From NCBI GenBank assembly GCA_951406725.2, contig OX597814.1:203298001-203362000 (forward strand): DNA of 64,000 bases. The letters run 5' to 3'. The notes under the pieces were generated by a model that saw only the letters and a list, made by a program, of their open reading frames with translations, ran no database searches and was not told where the DNA came from. Numbering within the stretch: the stretch's first letter is position 1; each line of letters opens with the position of its first letter. The stretch is from Octopus vulgaris (Eukaryota). Made by a program: the position numbers and the translations under genes. Positions 38,115 through 52,436 of this stretch are shown here, one piece after another.

Positions 38115-38423
38115 TCATCATCATCATCGTTTAACGTCTGCTTTTCATGCTAGCATGGGTTGGACGATTTGACTGAGGACTGGAAAACCAGATGGCTGCA
38201 TCAAGCTCCAATCTGATCTGGCAGAGTTTCTACAGCTCGATGCCCTTCCTAATGCCAACCACTCCAAGTGTGATGTGGGTTCTTTTATGTGCTACTGGCT
38301 CGAGAGCCAGTCAAGTGGCGTTTTTTACGTGCCACCTGCACAGGAGCCAGTCCAGTGGCACTAGCAACGACCTCACTCTAATGTTTTTCACGTGCCAGTA
38401 AGGCGACGCTGGTAATGATCACG
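38115..38423 (-). mobile_element. RTE 3' UTR-derived repeat (family C)
   Basis: (CAT)n CGTTTAACGTC.GCTTT.CATGCTAGCATGGGTTGGACG core. Confidence 0.8.
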
Positions 38424-39672
38424 ATATATAGATATTTTGTATATTGAACCCATGGTGTTTATATTTAATTTGTTTATTCACATAATTGCCTCTCTTTTTA
38501 TATATATGTGTATGTGTATGTATATTCACATGCTTCCACACACTTTTTACCTACCAAATTCACTCACTAGGCATTGGTCAGTTTAGTGCTATGGTAGAAG
38601 ATACTTGCCCAAGGTACCATTGAGTGGGACTGAACCTGAAACCACATGGTTGAGAATTGAACATCTTAACCACGTGGTCCTGCCTGGAACTCTGGTCTGC
38701 ATTTTGTATTTTATACAGTTAATTGTGCTTAGTTTTGATATTTTTATCATTTCTATGTGCCTAATAAATATTCCAGCTGAAAATTATCTGAGGATGGTAA
38801 ATAGTGAAAACTCTTTTCCCAGAATACAAAACACTTTGGAATTTTTGTTTGATTTTTGGTTTTTCTGTTGATGAAAAATTTGTGTGTATTTGCTGGTAGG
38901 CTATGATTTGGCATGGTGGAGATTACTCTCTCAAAGCGCTGGGTGTTAAAAACCTGAAAGTCATGGACAGGCAAAACAACTCACTCCAGATTCCATTCAG
39001 GAGTGATGGTCTTCAATGTTTTGCTATTTTTCTGGCTTAATAATATCACATCCCCAAACTGAATTGGAGGCAAACAGACTGCCAGTCACGCCTATTGGCA
39101 ACCCCACTAGTGCTGGTGGCATGAGAAAAGCCCTCAGTACATAGTGTAATGTAGTTAGTGTCAGGAAGGGCATCTGGCTGACAGTAGATTTGATGCTGCC
39201 ATGCACCTCCCTGGATCCTGTCAAACCATTCAGCCCAAGGCAGCATGAAAAATGGACATTAAATGATAGTGATGATGATGGTGTATGTGTGTGTGCTCAC
39301 AAGAATGTTTATATTCCACATCTGTCACTCCTTGAGCAAAGTAGTAATGATGTGGTCATTATGACAAGTCACTTTGTGCCTTTGAAAACCTGTGGAATAA
39401 AGAAATTTCTAACTTGAAAAACAGATATGGGTTGGTGACAGTCAGAGCATCCAGCCATAAAATCCTGCTTCAAATAATTCCCTTCCAAAGCCGCATTTAT
39501 TAAGGATAAACAGACTCAAACACGTAGAAAAAAGATGGTTTTATATAATTCTACTTTATACATGACAAATTATTGTTTTCACAGCTTCAGAAGTTAGAAC
39601 TAATTTAATATTTATATAGCCTACATTACTATAATTAGCTGTATGTAGCACCAAATATTGCACTTTTGTATA

Positions 39673-39711
<39 letters not shown>

Positions 39712-40476
39712 CTGTTATTTTATATATGTTTAGTTGGGTTTTTTCTTGCCTAGCATAAAAACTTTTCCATATTATAATGCTTGGTTGTTTTCTGGGTTGT
39801 CAAAATATTTCCCATATGATGGTTCTAAGTGGAGACGTTTATTTGATTACAGTGAAAAAGCTTGTTTTAGATTTCCTAATAATGGGTTTGTCTTCAACAC
39901 CAATCAGGATATTACCATTAATGTTTAATGTATTTACCCATACAATATGATTTTTGGTAGTCACTAATTAACAATGCTTTTTACCCAATACATTTTCGAT
40001 ACTCAGACAAATGACTGTTTCCAAATCTTTCTATGCATGAATTATGTTGCCATTATTGTCTTTTGTGTTGGTTCTTTTTTCCAACTAGAAATTCTCGAGC
40101 CCATGGCCAGTCCATTGATGGCTCTGGATTTATAGGATGAGAGAGTTGAATGAAGTTGATTTGACATTTATTTTTTAAAAATTTTAGCAGGTGTTCTTTA
40201 ACTTTTTCATCATCATTTAACATCCATGTTCCATGTTAGTTTGGGTTGGACATTTTGACAGGACCTGATGGGTCCAGGGACAGCATCATGCCCCAGTGTC
40301 TGCTTTAGCATGGTTTCTATGGCTTTGTATTCATTCCTTATGCCAACCACCTTACAACTTGTAGTGGGTGGTGCTTTCATGCCATCAGCACTAGTTAGGT
40401 TGCCATGCAGCTTGTAAAACTACAAACCCCAAGAGAGATGACTTTATGAGGGTGTAAATATTAAGGAGCTATTTAA

Positions 40477-40696
40477 CCCTTTCGTTACTGTATTTCTTTT
40501 GAGATGCTCTGTGTTTCTTTCAGTTATTTTAAATATAACAAAGAATTTAGTAAAATAACTTAGTTATCATTCAGCTAGTGTGAGGAACATAAATTGTGAC
40601 TAAGGTTTGATGGAAGATTTTAATTCAAAACTTACGAAAACAAAACATTTTACTACAGAGCCAGAGCCGGTTTTGGCCGGGTTAGTAACAAAAGGG
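40477..40696. mobile_element. Non-autonomous piggyBac-like MITE
   Basis: TTAA|CCCTTTCGTTAC ... GTAACAAAAGGG|TTAA. A close copy lies at 51645-51866, with degraded copies near 31460-31790, 48537-48750 and 50895-51070. Confidence 0.85.
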
Positions 40697-41284
40697 TTAA
40701 CTATTAACATTATAGAAGAGAAGGTGGGATGGATCAGATGGAGCTGCTAAGAGGTAAAACTAGTGATGGTGATGTGCCTGGGTGAACACTCAAGGTACAA
40801 GGTGAGTGGCAACAAAGGAAGTGCAAATGGGTGGAATAAATTGTGTGATTGAATATGTACTAATGTGTTATAATTCTGGGAATGGTGTTGTTAAAGTTTG
40901 GTAAAGATATTTCTAAATTTGAAGAAAGGAAAAGATGATGTGCTGCAAAGTGTATTTTTTTTATGGCAATGTATACTTGAATAGTTAGGGAAGCTGCAGT
41001 CAAGGTAATAGTAGTAGCAGCAGCGGTAGTAGTATACAGGGCAAAGGTGAGGTGTAATATGTTTGTTGGATAATTTGTAAATTGCTTATCAATTAATAAT
41101 TAGATATTTATTAGATACAGTATTGCAGGAGAATGATGTATAAGTAAGCACAAAGCCAGATGCGAGATGATTCCTCCTTACCTGCATTAATTAGATTTGC
41201 TTTGTGACAGAAATTATGAAACAGATTTGGTTGAGAACCTTTTGTTAAATTGTGTTCCAAAAATCACATTTACATACTCTCTTT

Positions 41285-41635
41285 TTACTCTTTTACTTGT
41301 TTCAGTCATTTGACTGCAGCCATGCTGGAGCACCGCCTTTAGTCGAGCAGATTGCCCCCAGGACTTATACTTTGTAAGCCTAGTACTTATTCTATTAGTC
41401 TCTTTTGCCGAACCACTAAGTTACGGGGACATAAACACACCAGCATCGGTTGTCAAGCGATGTTGGGGGGACACACACACAGACAAACAAGCACACACAC
41501 ATATATATACGACGGCCTTCTTTCTGTTTCTGTCTACCAAATCCACACACAAGGCTTTAGTTGGCCCAAGGCTATAGTAAATGACACTTGCCCAAGGTAC
41601 CACGCAGTGGGACTGAAATCAGAACCATGTGGTAA
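41285..41635 (-). mobile_element. SINE family A
   Basis: Reverse complement of the 3430-3800 family. Confidence 0.8.
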
Positions 41636-44433
41636 AAAGTGGTTTTATGAAACCAAGTCTAAATTCATTTAAATTTTAGAACTTAATTGGGTGTATAAAG
41701 GGTGTATTTTGGTTAGAAATATAGTAATGAAAGGGTTACTTAATAAAGAGATATTTATTGAATTCAAGATTGCAAGAGAATGATGATGTGTAAGCATGCA
41801 GAGAGCCAGATGTGAGATAATCTTCCATAGCGGTCTCATTGGAGAATCTGGACTGAAACCCAAGCTAACAAAAATGTAGGTGCAGGCATGGTTGTGTGGT
41901 TAGAAGCCTGCTTTGCAGCCACATTGTTTCGTGTTCAGTCCTAGCGTATGGTACCTTGAGTAAGCATCATTTATAGCCCTGGGTTGACCACTGCCTCGTG
42001 AGTGGATTTGGTAGAATAAAACTATGTGGAAGCCCATTGCGTGTGTGTATGTATTTATATATATATTTGTGTCACAGAAGTTTGGTGCAGGCTTCAGCCT
42101 GGCCAGTTCTTGTGGTACTGTCCCACCCATGCTAGCATGGAACACGGACGTTAAATGATGATGATGATGATGATGTGTTTGTCCCACCACCACCTCTTGA
42201 CAACTAGTATTGGTTGGTTTGTTTATGTTCCTATAATTTAGTAGTTTGATAAAAGAGACCAATAGAATAAATACTAGACTAATTAGTACTGAGATTGATT
42301 TGTTCTACTAAAAGGACTCCAAGGTGAAGTTCCAGCATGGCCATTTTCCAATGATTGAAACAAGTAAAAGCTAATTAATCCTACTATGTAAATCATTGAC
42401 CCATGTAACTCCTGCAGACAGACACCTAATTATTGCAGCTGATTGTATCTCTCTATTTCTGTAGACTCTAATCTAATTACATGAAGGAGAAGCTCCCCAC
42501 TGGCCACGATACTGTGAAAATGGAAGCCTTTCTTACTCCTGTTCCATTAACTCAATCGCATGGAGAATATGTAATGTCTTAATTTTTCCTCATTTTTTTC
42601 TCTACTTCTGCATTAATAACCTGACCATTTCCAGCTAACAACACTTCTTGTATCTTTAATCTCATTCCACTTTTAACCCTCAAATTTTCTGCCTGTTTTA
42701 TGTTCAAACTGGTCAGATCCATCTTCTTACACCTACCCTATAATGTCATTCTAAAAATAAACAATTACACTATCAAAATCTTGAAGCTATGAGATAATGG
42801 AAGATTATTTCAAAACAAATTACATTTGACAGGAATTGAATGCTATAGGTTAAATGTCTAACTACCCTACTATGATTTTTTTTCAGTTCCTGCTAGAAAT
42901 AACAGCAAATCTCCTGCAAATCGTACCTTCCCATGCTAAAAATAAGTGATACATTGAACAATGTAGTCCTGAGTGTACAAAAAGACAGTATGGTCATGTT
43001 TGGAACATCTACAATCATATGTCTAATCTTGAGCTAGATATAAGAACTAACTAATTAGTAAGCATTACCAGTCTTTTGGTAACAGAGTTCCAATAACTTA
43101 GTCATTGTAAAACAACATCCCATCATAGTTCTTTCCAGCAGACATAGCTAAGTCACCACTTTTCTAATTATAAATTCTTCACATCCATAGTCTTTACTGA
43201 CATAATTGTAATGTTTCTTAATTATTTCTAGTGACAACAAAAATGTCCGCATTAATTAAGAAATTTGTAATGGAATGCTATTGTATATGGAGGCTGCACC
43301 TCTATAAAATAGCATGTACAGTACATGATCATCTTGTTTATGATGTAGGGTCTAAGTCATCAACAGAATTAGCAATTTAATTAAATGACATTAATCATCT
43401 ACACACTCCTCAATCGTGGTTAAGATATTTGCTTCATAAACATGTGTTTTTGGGTTCAGTCTTATTACACAGCACTTTAGGCAAGTCTTCAACTATGCCC
43501 CCAGGCGCATCAAATCCTTGTGATTGGATTTGGTAGATGGATAGTGAAAGAAACCATTGTGGGTGTATGTGTGTGTGTGTGTGTGTGTGTGAGCATGTTT
43601 GTCTCCTTGTCTTGACATCATGTAATTGTTGTAAATGAATGTCATGCTCATGTAAAGGGGTGTCATGGCTACCAGTCTTCCATGAGAAACCTGTCTGGCC
43701 ATGGGGAAACATTGCTTTGCTTGGAAACAAATGAGAGTTGATGACAGGGAGAGCACCTGGCTGTAGAAAATTTGCCTCAATACAATCTGTCTGACCTATG
43801 CAGGCATGGCAGAGTGGTCAATAAAACGACGATGATGATGATGATTATGTTGATTATATAAAGCCTCCTGAATTTCGATTCTATTACATTTATTGTATTG
43901 TATCATTATCATTTAAGTTTAGTTCATGTCTTTTCCTCTTTTGTAAGTATAGTGTAGCCAAATGGTTCACTACCACAAGGTTCTGGGTTCAATTCCATGG
44001 CATCTTTGGCAAATGTCATTTTCTATAGCCTCATGTTGATTCATTGCTTTCTGAGTGAAATTTAGTTGACAGAAACTGTACAGATTGTGACAACAATTCA
44101 AAAAGAACCACCTTGTCACATGCCGCTTTATAGTGATTCTACTGGAGAATTACGTGTCTATGGAACACTCATCCACTTACTCATTAATTCAGGGGCAGGT
44201 AACCCAGTTGATCAAACAACTTAATCATTTTTATTGATTGACAGAAATCTGCTGCTTACACTACTAAAGCTCAGTCGAAAGCCATGATCATCACAGTTCC
44301 TATTTCTCTGTCCTCCTACAATTCTAAGTAAGTCTTTTGTTGTTTAATAAAAAACAAATCAATAGTTTTAGATATTGGATATGTAATTGTTTGTCAGTTG
44401 ACTTAATCTGAGAGTCTGTGTTGAAACTTTTAC

Positions 44434-44887
44434 TTTTACTTTTATTTTTAGATCATTATATTTGTAACAAAAATTTAGATTTATAGCTTTTTAAACGCCG
44501 AAACAAAGTTTGGAGAAAATTAATTAAAATTTATGTATTCACAAACTTACAGAGGAAATAATTATTTTAATTGAAAGATGTTTTAGATTAGAAATACAAC
44601 TCTATTTTTAAATCCTATTTATAGTAGAACCAGGAATAACAGAGTAAACAGATTCTATTATATTTAGAACTTGTGAAACCTGGAATAAAGGTAAACAGAA
44701 GAGATGAGTAAAACATGATACGAAATATGACTCTATACAAGAGAGTAAGATTAGATAAACTAAGATATTTAGGAGTATAAAGTATTTGAGCATTATTTAC
44801 AAGAAAAACAAGTAATATGCAGTGAATAATTGATAAGATCTGAATGGAAAAGCAATACGAAAGCCAAAAAGAAAAAAAGTGTGGGGT
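44434..44887. repeat. Left arm of a 454-bp inverted repeat
   Basis: Reverse complement of 46970-47423. The mirrored ORFs 44608-44793(-) and 47064-47249(+) differ by one residue. Confidence 0.95.
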
Positions 44888-45033
44888 CGTTTTTGTTGTT
44901 TAAAAGACACAGACACTATTGTACTTTGTTATATTTTGTATTAGTTTCAGTGTCTTTTGTTGTATATCTCGTGACTTCATCATCATCATCATTATTTAAA
45001 GTCTATGTTAAGTCTATGTTCCATGCTTGTATA

Positions 45034-45878
45034 TAGGGTGTGGTGAATAAATTGTCTAAATTATGCAAAAATGGAAATCTCATTTTATCAGATTACATAA
45101 AAATATCTTGAAATACTAAAGAGTAAGTTTATTCAATAAAATTACCATTGGCTTCAACCACGGCCTCCAGAGGACTTCAGAATCTCCGGCAACTCTTCTG
45201 GATGGTTTCCTTGTTTAAGTTGGTGAATGCTGCCATAACCCTTGCCTTCAGTTCATCTTTGGTGTTACAAGGAGTTTTGTTGGTCTCCTGCTCAACTGCG
45301 CCTCACACTTAATAATCAAGGAGGTTGTAGTCTGGGGAGTTAGATGGCCAGATGTTAGGGATGATGTGCTTGCAGAAATTGTCTGACAGCCATGACTAGG
45401 TTCTCCTGCTTGTGTGGCAAGGTGCAGAATTTTGTTGCCAGACATAGGGTCTCCCACCAGCTACCCTCTTGAACTAGGGCAGCACTACTGCCTCCAGGTA
45501 CTTGATATAGGCCTCTGTTTTAAGTGTGAGGCCATGTGGGAAGATGAATGGAGGCATAACGTCACCATCGCTGGTAATCACTCCAAACACCATGATATTG
45601 ACTGGATGTTTGATTTTTATCACTCTCCATACATGTCCTCAGATTGACACCCAAACACTCTGAAATGTTCATATTGGAGCTTGTGGCGCAAATGCCAAGC
45701 AGTACAACATATTGTTCCCAAATTTCTGACAGAGTGAATTGTGTCATGGTGCTATTTTTCTCACAAACAGTGCCCAACTGACCCTACTATACTGTGTAGT
45801 CAATAAAATCAAAAACAAACAATGCACATGTGCAAAATTAAAAATATAAAATGGTGTCAATTTACCCATTGTACCCTT
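45034..45878 (-). mobile_element. Degenerate, internally deleted Tc1/maT-like transposon
   Basis: Minus strand PNIWPSNSPDYNLLDY...CNTKDELKAR...LEAVVEANGNFIE (cf. WPPNSPDLNPLDY). Decayed TIRs begin TAGGGTG at the left end. Confidence 0.75.
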
Positions 45879-46969
45879 TAGGTAATAGAATTTGACAGGA
45901 TCTGACAAGTCCAAAGACTGCATGAATCTCCAATGTCAGTTTTGGCATGGTTTCTATGGTAGGATACCCTTTCCAACTTGAATATGTGTATTGCATGCTT
46001 TTTTCATGCTGTCAGCTCTAGTAAAGTTTCCAAGTATAGACAAGGCAAAAGAAGAACTGGGAAAAGCCCCTGTGATTAGGTGACGGGAGTATTTGTGATG
46101 GTGAGGTACCTTTATGCCAGTTGCTTAAAGGCTAAAATATGATAGCAGTGTCTTGCTATAGAGTAGATACCCGGTTACCCCATGTTAAATGAAAGCACTT
46201 GTGCCAGTGCCATGCAAAAGGCACCCATGGTGGTGCCAGGTAAAATGCACCCCGTCTACTCTGTTAAGTGGCTGACAGTAGGAAGGGCATCAAGCATTGT
46301 AAGGACGATGCCAAAACAGACAATGAAGCCTGGTGCAACTCTCTGGCTTGTTTGTTCTGGTCAAACCATCCAGCATGGAAAATGGATATTAAATGATGAT
46401 GGTGGTAATGGTGGTGGTGGTGGTGGGTGGGAAGAAAATAAAGATGGTTGTGATGGGATTATTTTTATAACAGGAGTTTTCTAATCTACATTGTTATTTT
46501 CTTAATCTTCTTTTTAATGAGTTTACTGTCTTCTTAAACATCTCTTCATCATTTCTCTTCACGTACTTATTATAGAGCAGTGAGTTTGCAAAGTCATTAG
46601 ATTTCTGGGAAGAATGTGTTGTAGTATTCATTGTGACTCTCTATGCTCTGAGTTCAAATCCCACCCAGGTCAGCTTTGGTTTTTATCCTTTTGGGGTTGA
46701 TAAATAAACTTCACTCAATGCTAAGGTCAATCCTTCTTCTTTCTCTCTTGAAGAAATCAGCTGTGTTCTGACCTGGAGAAGGAAGAGCTCTACCAGGCTT
46801 AACAATGACCAAGAGTCACCATATGTCACAGTGACATCCTCTACAACTCCACCAGGAGTTAAGATCCCAAAGAAACAAAGGAATGTATTATATACTCTGT
46901 TCATATTGGGTTTCTTTTTTCTTGTTTTTCACTTCATAGTTAAATCTCCAGATATTTCTCTCCCTTTCT

Positions 46970-47423
46970 ACCCCACACTTTTTTTCTTTTTGGCTTTCGT
47001 ATTGCTTTTCCATTCAGATCTTATCAATTATTCACTGCATATTACTTGTTTTTCTTGTAAATAATGCTCAAATACTTTATACTCCTAAATATCTTAGTTT
47101 ATCTAATCTTACTCTCTTGTATAGAGTCATATTTCATATCATGTTTTACTCATCTCTTCTGTTTACCTTTATTCCAGGTTTCACAAGTTCTAAATATAAT
47201 AGAATCTGTTTACTCTGTTATTCCTGGTTCTACTATAAATAGGATTTAAAAATAGAGTTGTATTTCTAATCTAAAACATCTTTCAATTAAAATAATTATT
47301 TCCTCTGTAAGTTTGTGAATACATAAATTTTAATTAATTTTCTCCAAACTTTGTTTCGGCGTTTAAAAAGCTATAAATCTAAATTTTTGTTACAAATATA
47401 ATGATCTAAAAATAAAAGTAAAA
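46970..47423. repeat. Right arm of a 454-bp inverted repeat
   Basis: Reverse complement of 44434-44887. Confidence 0.95.
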
Positions 47424-47943
47424 CTGTTGTAAAATGGCTTAGTTGCTATAGAGATATTTAAGTACAAGTACAACTGGTGTGTGTGTGTGGGGTGTGGGAT
47501 ACAGGAAATATATACATGAAACATAAAGAGTTCTTTAAGACATAAGAATGGAAAATATTTTCTGAGTTATTAATTAGTGGCAACACTGACATGTATAGCT
47601 TATGAAAAAGTTTTACTTAAATTCTAAGTAAACAGTTAACAAGTGAACATCCGGATACTTTGTTTAACTGAGAAAGTGAATATTAGAAAATGAAGATTAA
47701 ATTTTAGGAAGTTGACTGCATATGTGTTATAAGAAAGGTCAGTGGAAAGATTCTGTTTAATTTTTTTGTAGTTTATAAAAATTTTTAAGTAACAGAATCA
47801 AATTAATATAGATGGAATTTTATGTTTGTGTGTGTGGCTATGAAATAGTTTAGCTATAGCATTATGCTCCTGAAAATTGCAGGAAGACATACAGCTTCAG
47901 TTTTGGAAGCCTAAGTAGGAAATTTAAACTGGATCTTCTTTTG

Positions 47944-48531
47944 AACCCTTTAGCATTCAGATTACTCTCTCAAAATCTTATGTTTATTTATTCATCATCA
48001 TCATCATCGTTTAACGTCCGCTTTCCATGCTAGCATGGGTTGGACGGTTCGACCAGGGTCTGGGAAGCCAGGAGGCTGCACCAGGCCCAGTCTGATCTAG
48101 TGGTGTTTCTACAGCTGGATGCCCTTCCTAACACCAACCACTCTGTGAGTGTAGTTGGTGCTTTTTACGTGCCACCAGCACAGGTGCCAGATGAGGCTGG
48201 CGATGGCCACAATGGGTTGGTGCTTTTTACGTGCCACCGGCATGGAGGCCAGTCGAGGCGGCGCTGGCAACGGCCACGTTCGGATGGTTCTTATACATGC
48301 CACCAGCACTGGTATCACAACTACAATTTCCATTGATTTTTGATCGATTTCGATTTCATGTTGTTTTTAATTAATCATAAATTACATCATAGCTTTAAGA
48401 TTTTGACGACATGCTTCTTTATTTTTAGAATAACATTGTAGGGTTATTGTGAGCATCCAGATCTGGCCAGTTTGAACATAAACAGGTTGAATATTTGTCT
48501 GGATATGGCTAGTTTAAATGCTAAAGGGTTA
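47944..48531. mobile_element. piggyBac-like MITE (second family) interrupted by a family C repeat (~47993-48355)
   Basis: AACCCTTTAGCATT ... AATGCTAAAGGGTTAA ends. Related degraded copies lie at ~33075-33268 and ~42673-42853. Confidence 0.7.
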
Positions 48532-51500
48532 AAGATAAACCCTTATGATACCAACCTGCCTGACACCAACTGTGGTCTTGTACTACAAACTTTCTGTTTT
48601 CAAGTGATCTAGAATTAAAATCTCCCATTGAAACTTCATGTTAATTTATGTTATGAACACCAGCTTAATTTGATTACTGTTTCACTAAATTAATTCAAAT
48701 GAATTCAGTTTTGGTGTATGCTTCAACAGAAATATGGTGATGAAAGACTTTAGTAGTAAATATGTGTCTTTTTGTGTGTTTTCATTCATTCATTTTATTT
48801 ATCTGTGTAACTCATTTATTTTTCAAACTGATGAGGGAGCCACTTGGGGTTGCTTGATATGCTGGAAATAGCAGCCAACTGCTACTTCATTTCATACCTT
48901 GTTGTCTTTGAAAAAGGATGATGCAGTACTAAGTAAAGCGTGTCTGAAATAAAGACTGGATGGGCATGGCTGGAATGCATTTGATCTTAAGTATGCTTAA
49001 TCAGACCTGATCTAGGAATAAATGATAAGTCTTGGTAATTTTTTCAATTTTTATTAAAAGAAGAAAAAACAAAACGCTTAAAAACATGGCAAAGTTATTC
49101 TCGTTATTTTCTGCTGATTTTTAGAAACAATTTAGGGAAAAGGTGATCAGCACTGGCAAACTTCTATAGAATTAACTAACGCGAAATGGCCTAGAACAAT
49201 GGGATCACCTTTTCTTTAGGGCACACAAAATTTTACCAATTTATTTTATATGAATTCACATCAAATCCTTTGAAAATAAAAGATAGGTCTAATAACAATT
49301 TCCTACCCAGTCCTTTATTTTGTCTCCTCTTATTTTCCATTACTTTCTTTTGCCATTATCATGTTCTATTCAGTAGTCCTCTTTTAAGCCTCTCTTCCTA
49401 TTTCTTAGCATCTTTCTTATCTACACCAACATCCACTGCTGGCCTCTTTCTTTTTTCTTGCTTTCTCCTTCCGTTGAAGCAATGCTATGCTACTGCAGTA
49501 TACGTATAACTTGCCTATAACACAACACACGCACTCACTCACACACACATGCTTCTGTTCTTGCTGGTGTTTCATGAATAGCCTTTACTACTTCTTCAGT
49601 TCTGTTTAATTCACCATCTCTTCTGCAATTACTGCTTGACTACAATAAGGTTTGATTGTTCTTTAGCCTGTATCAGCAGTTTCTATTTTAGTTACATAGT
49701 TTGCTTAAGAAAATAAACAAAAATATCTTATATCTTAAAACATTTTCAAGGAAAAGGTTGACGGTGGTGTTCAAGTTTTAGCTTTCTCCTTTTGTAAAAC
49801 TGACGAAAGCAAGAAAGCCAAAACTTCAAAGTTACTGTCAAAAATATATCAATCCTTCAGTTTAATGTTAATTGTTTTTTATACATTTAACTTCAGATAA
49901 AAACAAGTATTAATAAAATATTTTATATTAATCTACATTTGGTCCAAGGAATTTGTATATAATATAATAATAATCACCATTTCAAAAATCATTTAAAGTA
50001 ATCTAAAAGGCTCATTCTAAAATTATAGCTATTGAGTTTTGAGCAAATGAGGGAGTTTCTATGTAGTTCCTCATCCTGCTAGATATAACAGTCAAAATCT
50101 CTGTAAGTCATCATCTTAAAAAAAAAAATAAATACGAATGATGTTTTAGATAATGTAGTCATAGATACATTGTGTTTGAAAAGAAAAATGGAATGGCTGG
50201 TCATGGTAGGAAGACTTTCAATCATAGTTTTGATCATTGGTCAGAATTAACTTAAAACTTAAACTTCAACAATCACCACCACTTTTGAATTTAGCATTAT
50301 AATCTGAGGAATTAATGTGTAAGACATTATTATTTTTTTGTAGGAATTATGGTGGTGTTCTAGCAGACTCATTAGCATGCTGGACAGTATTTCTTCTAGT
50401 TTGAAATGCCACTGAAGCTGACTTTGTCTTTCATCGTTTTTCAGGGTCGGTAAAATAAGTATCAGTTGATCAGTGATGTCAAAGTAATCAGCTTGCCCCG
50501 CCTCTCAAAATGTCTGGCCTTGTTCCAAAATTAGAAAGAATGATTTCTTGTAGGAATTATGTAAAGGAAAGATAACTGAATATTAATTGCTGGCAAGAAC
50601 ACAGTATTTTGTTTTGCAACCATGATATGCTACCAAATATGTTAAAAGTTTAAAAGTCAATATTGTGCCTTATCTTGTGTTAGCAGTGCAATATTCTCAC
50701 TTTTAAGTTTGTCTTGATAGTTGTAACTTGCAGTGTTGGCTCTGAATTCGATAGGAAATAAGCTTAAAAGCTGGATAACTGAATATCTTTGTGTTTTTCT
50801 GAAGAACTTTACCAACTAAATTTCACATCTTTTTATTTTATAAATCCTGTGGTATAAACTTTTACTTCATAATACAAGACTTAAGTCTTTGTATTTAACC
50901 CTTTTGATAACAACCTACCTAAGACTGCCTCTGGTTCTGTGATATGGATTTCCTGTTAGAAATTGACATGGAATTTTAATGGAAGGTTTTCATTTACACA
51001 ACTTCAAAACAGGGACTTTATTATCACAGAGCCAGTGGTAGTCTTGAGTGGTTGGTTTCAAAAGGGTTACCAAAGAGATTTATGTTTTCTCCATTATCAT
51101 TGCTCATAGTATTTTTTCCTTTAGGCAAGAAAATTCTAATTCAATTTCATTGCATCTTCTTTCGGTTCCATATTGTCTTACAGTTAGCTCAGGTTTTTAA
51201 GAAGCTCATCTTGTTTCTACACTCACTATGGTATTTTTAGTACTGACACCAACATATATCATATATGTTTATACAAATAATTTTAATTATGCAATCTGGC
51301 TAGAAGAAATTTTGAAATTACATTGAATTAACTGATGACAGTATTATTTAGACAAAGGCAGCAAGCTGACAGAATCGTTAGTACATTGGACAAAATGCTT
51401 AGCAACAACATTTCATTTGTCTTTACATTTAGAGTTCAAACTCTGCCAAGGTCAACTTTGCCTTTCGTCCTTTCAGGTTCGATAAAATAAGTACCAGTTG

Positions 51501-51644
51501 AGCACTGGGGTCAGCGTAATTGACTTATCCCCTCCCCCAAAATTTTTGACCTTCTGCCAAAATTTGAAATCATTATTTAGACAAAGCTGAAATGTATTTG
51601 AGAAGTTTTGTGGCCTTCTATCCTTTTGTTACACAGTGTATTAA

Positions 51645-51866
51645 TCCTTTCATTACTGTATTTCTTTTGAGATGCTCTGTGTTTCTTTCAATTAATTTTA
51701 AATGTAATAAAGAATTTAGTAAGATAACTTAGTTATCATTCAGCTAGTGTTAGGAACATAAATTTTGACTAAGGAGTGGTGGAAAACTTTAATTCAGAAC
51801 TTATGAAAACAAGACATTTGTACTACAGAGCCAGAGGCAGTTTTAGCTGGGTTGGTATTGAAAGGG
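51645..51866. mobile_element. Non-autonomous piggyBac-like MITE
   Basis: TTAA flanks; colinear with 40477-40696. Confidence 0.85.
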
Positions 51867-52401
51867 TTAATGTTTTTGTATTAAAATATGTAGACTTTAG
51901 TCACCAAGTTGATTGAGCGAACAAAAAAATGTTTTGTAGAAACCAGATACGTTGTTGGCTTTGTATTTTTTTCTGCAAGTGGTGTTTACTATTACGTTAT
52001 AATGACTAACTTGAGTGCTGACTGCATATGTGGGTTTCTGCACGTGCATATTGTGCGTGTATATATGTCATCACAAACAGCATCTCAGCTGTTTTTCATG
52101 TTTACATGGGTCAAACGAAGTTTCTTGAGGCAGATTTTCTACAGCTTGATGCCCTTCCTATCACCAGCCTTCACCTGTTTCCAAGTAAGATATATTTTCT
52201 CATGACCAGGCATATTTATATTGGAGGTTGGAAACGGAGAGCACCACTTTCATGAGGATGACACATCTTTATAATTATCATGTGATGTCAAGACAAAGTG
52301 GTAGAACACACAAATCTGTATGTGTGTATATATGACAGGGCTATAGAAGACACTTACTCAAGGTCCCATATAGTAGGACTGAAACTGGATGATGATATAT
52401 A

Positions 52402-52436
<35 letters not shown>

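Noticed and set aside
44608-47249. Twin 61-aa hydrophobic ORFs as duplicated genes
   Set aside because: They simply reflect the inverted repeat. The sequence is AT-rich, with no recognisable domain or supporting splice structure.
48825-48890. CTGATGAG as a hammerhead core
   Set aside because: No stem II closing onto GAAA-stem III-UH. The downstream sequence belongs to another repeat family also seen near 9550, 10280 and 50050.
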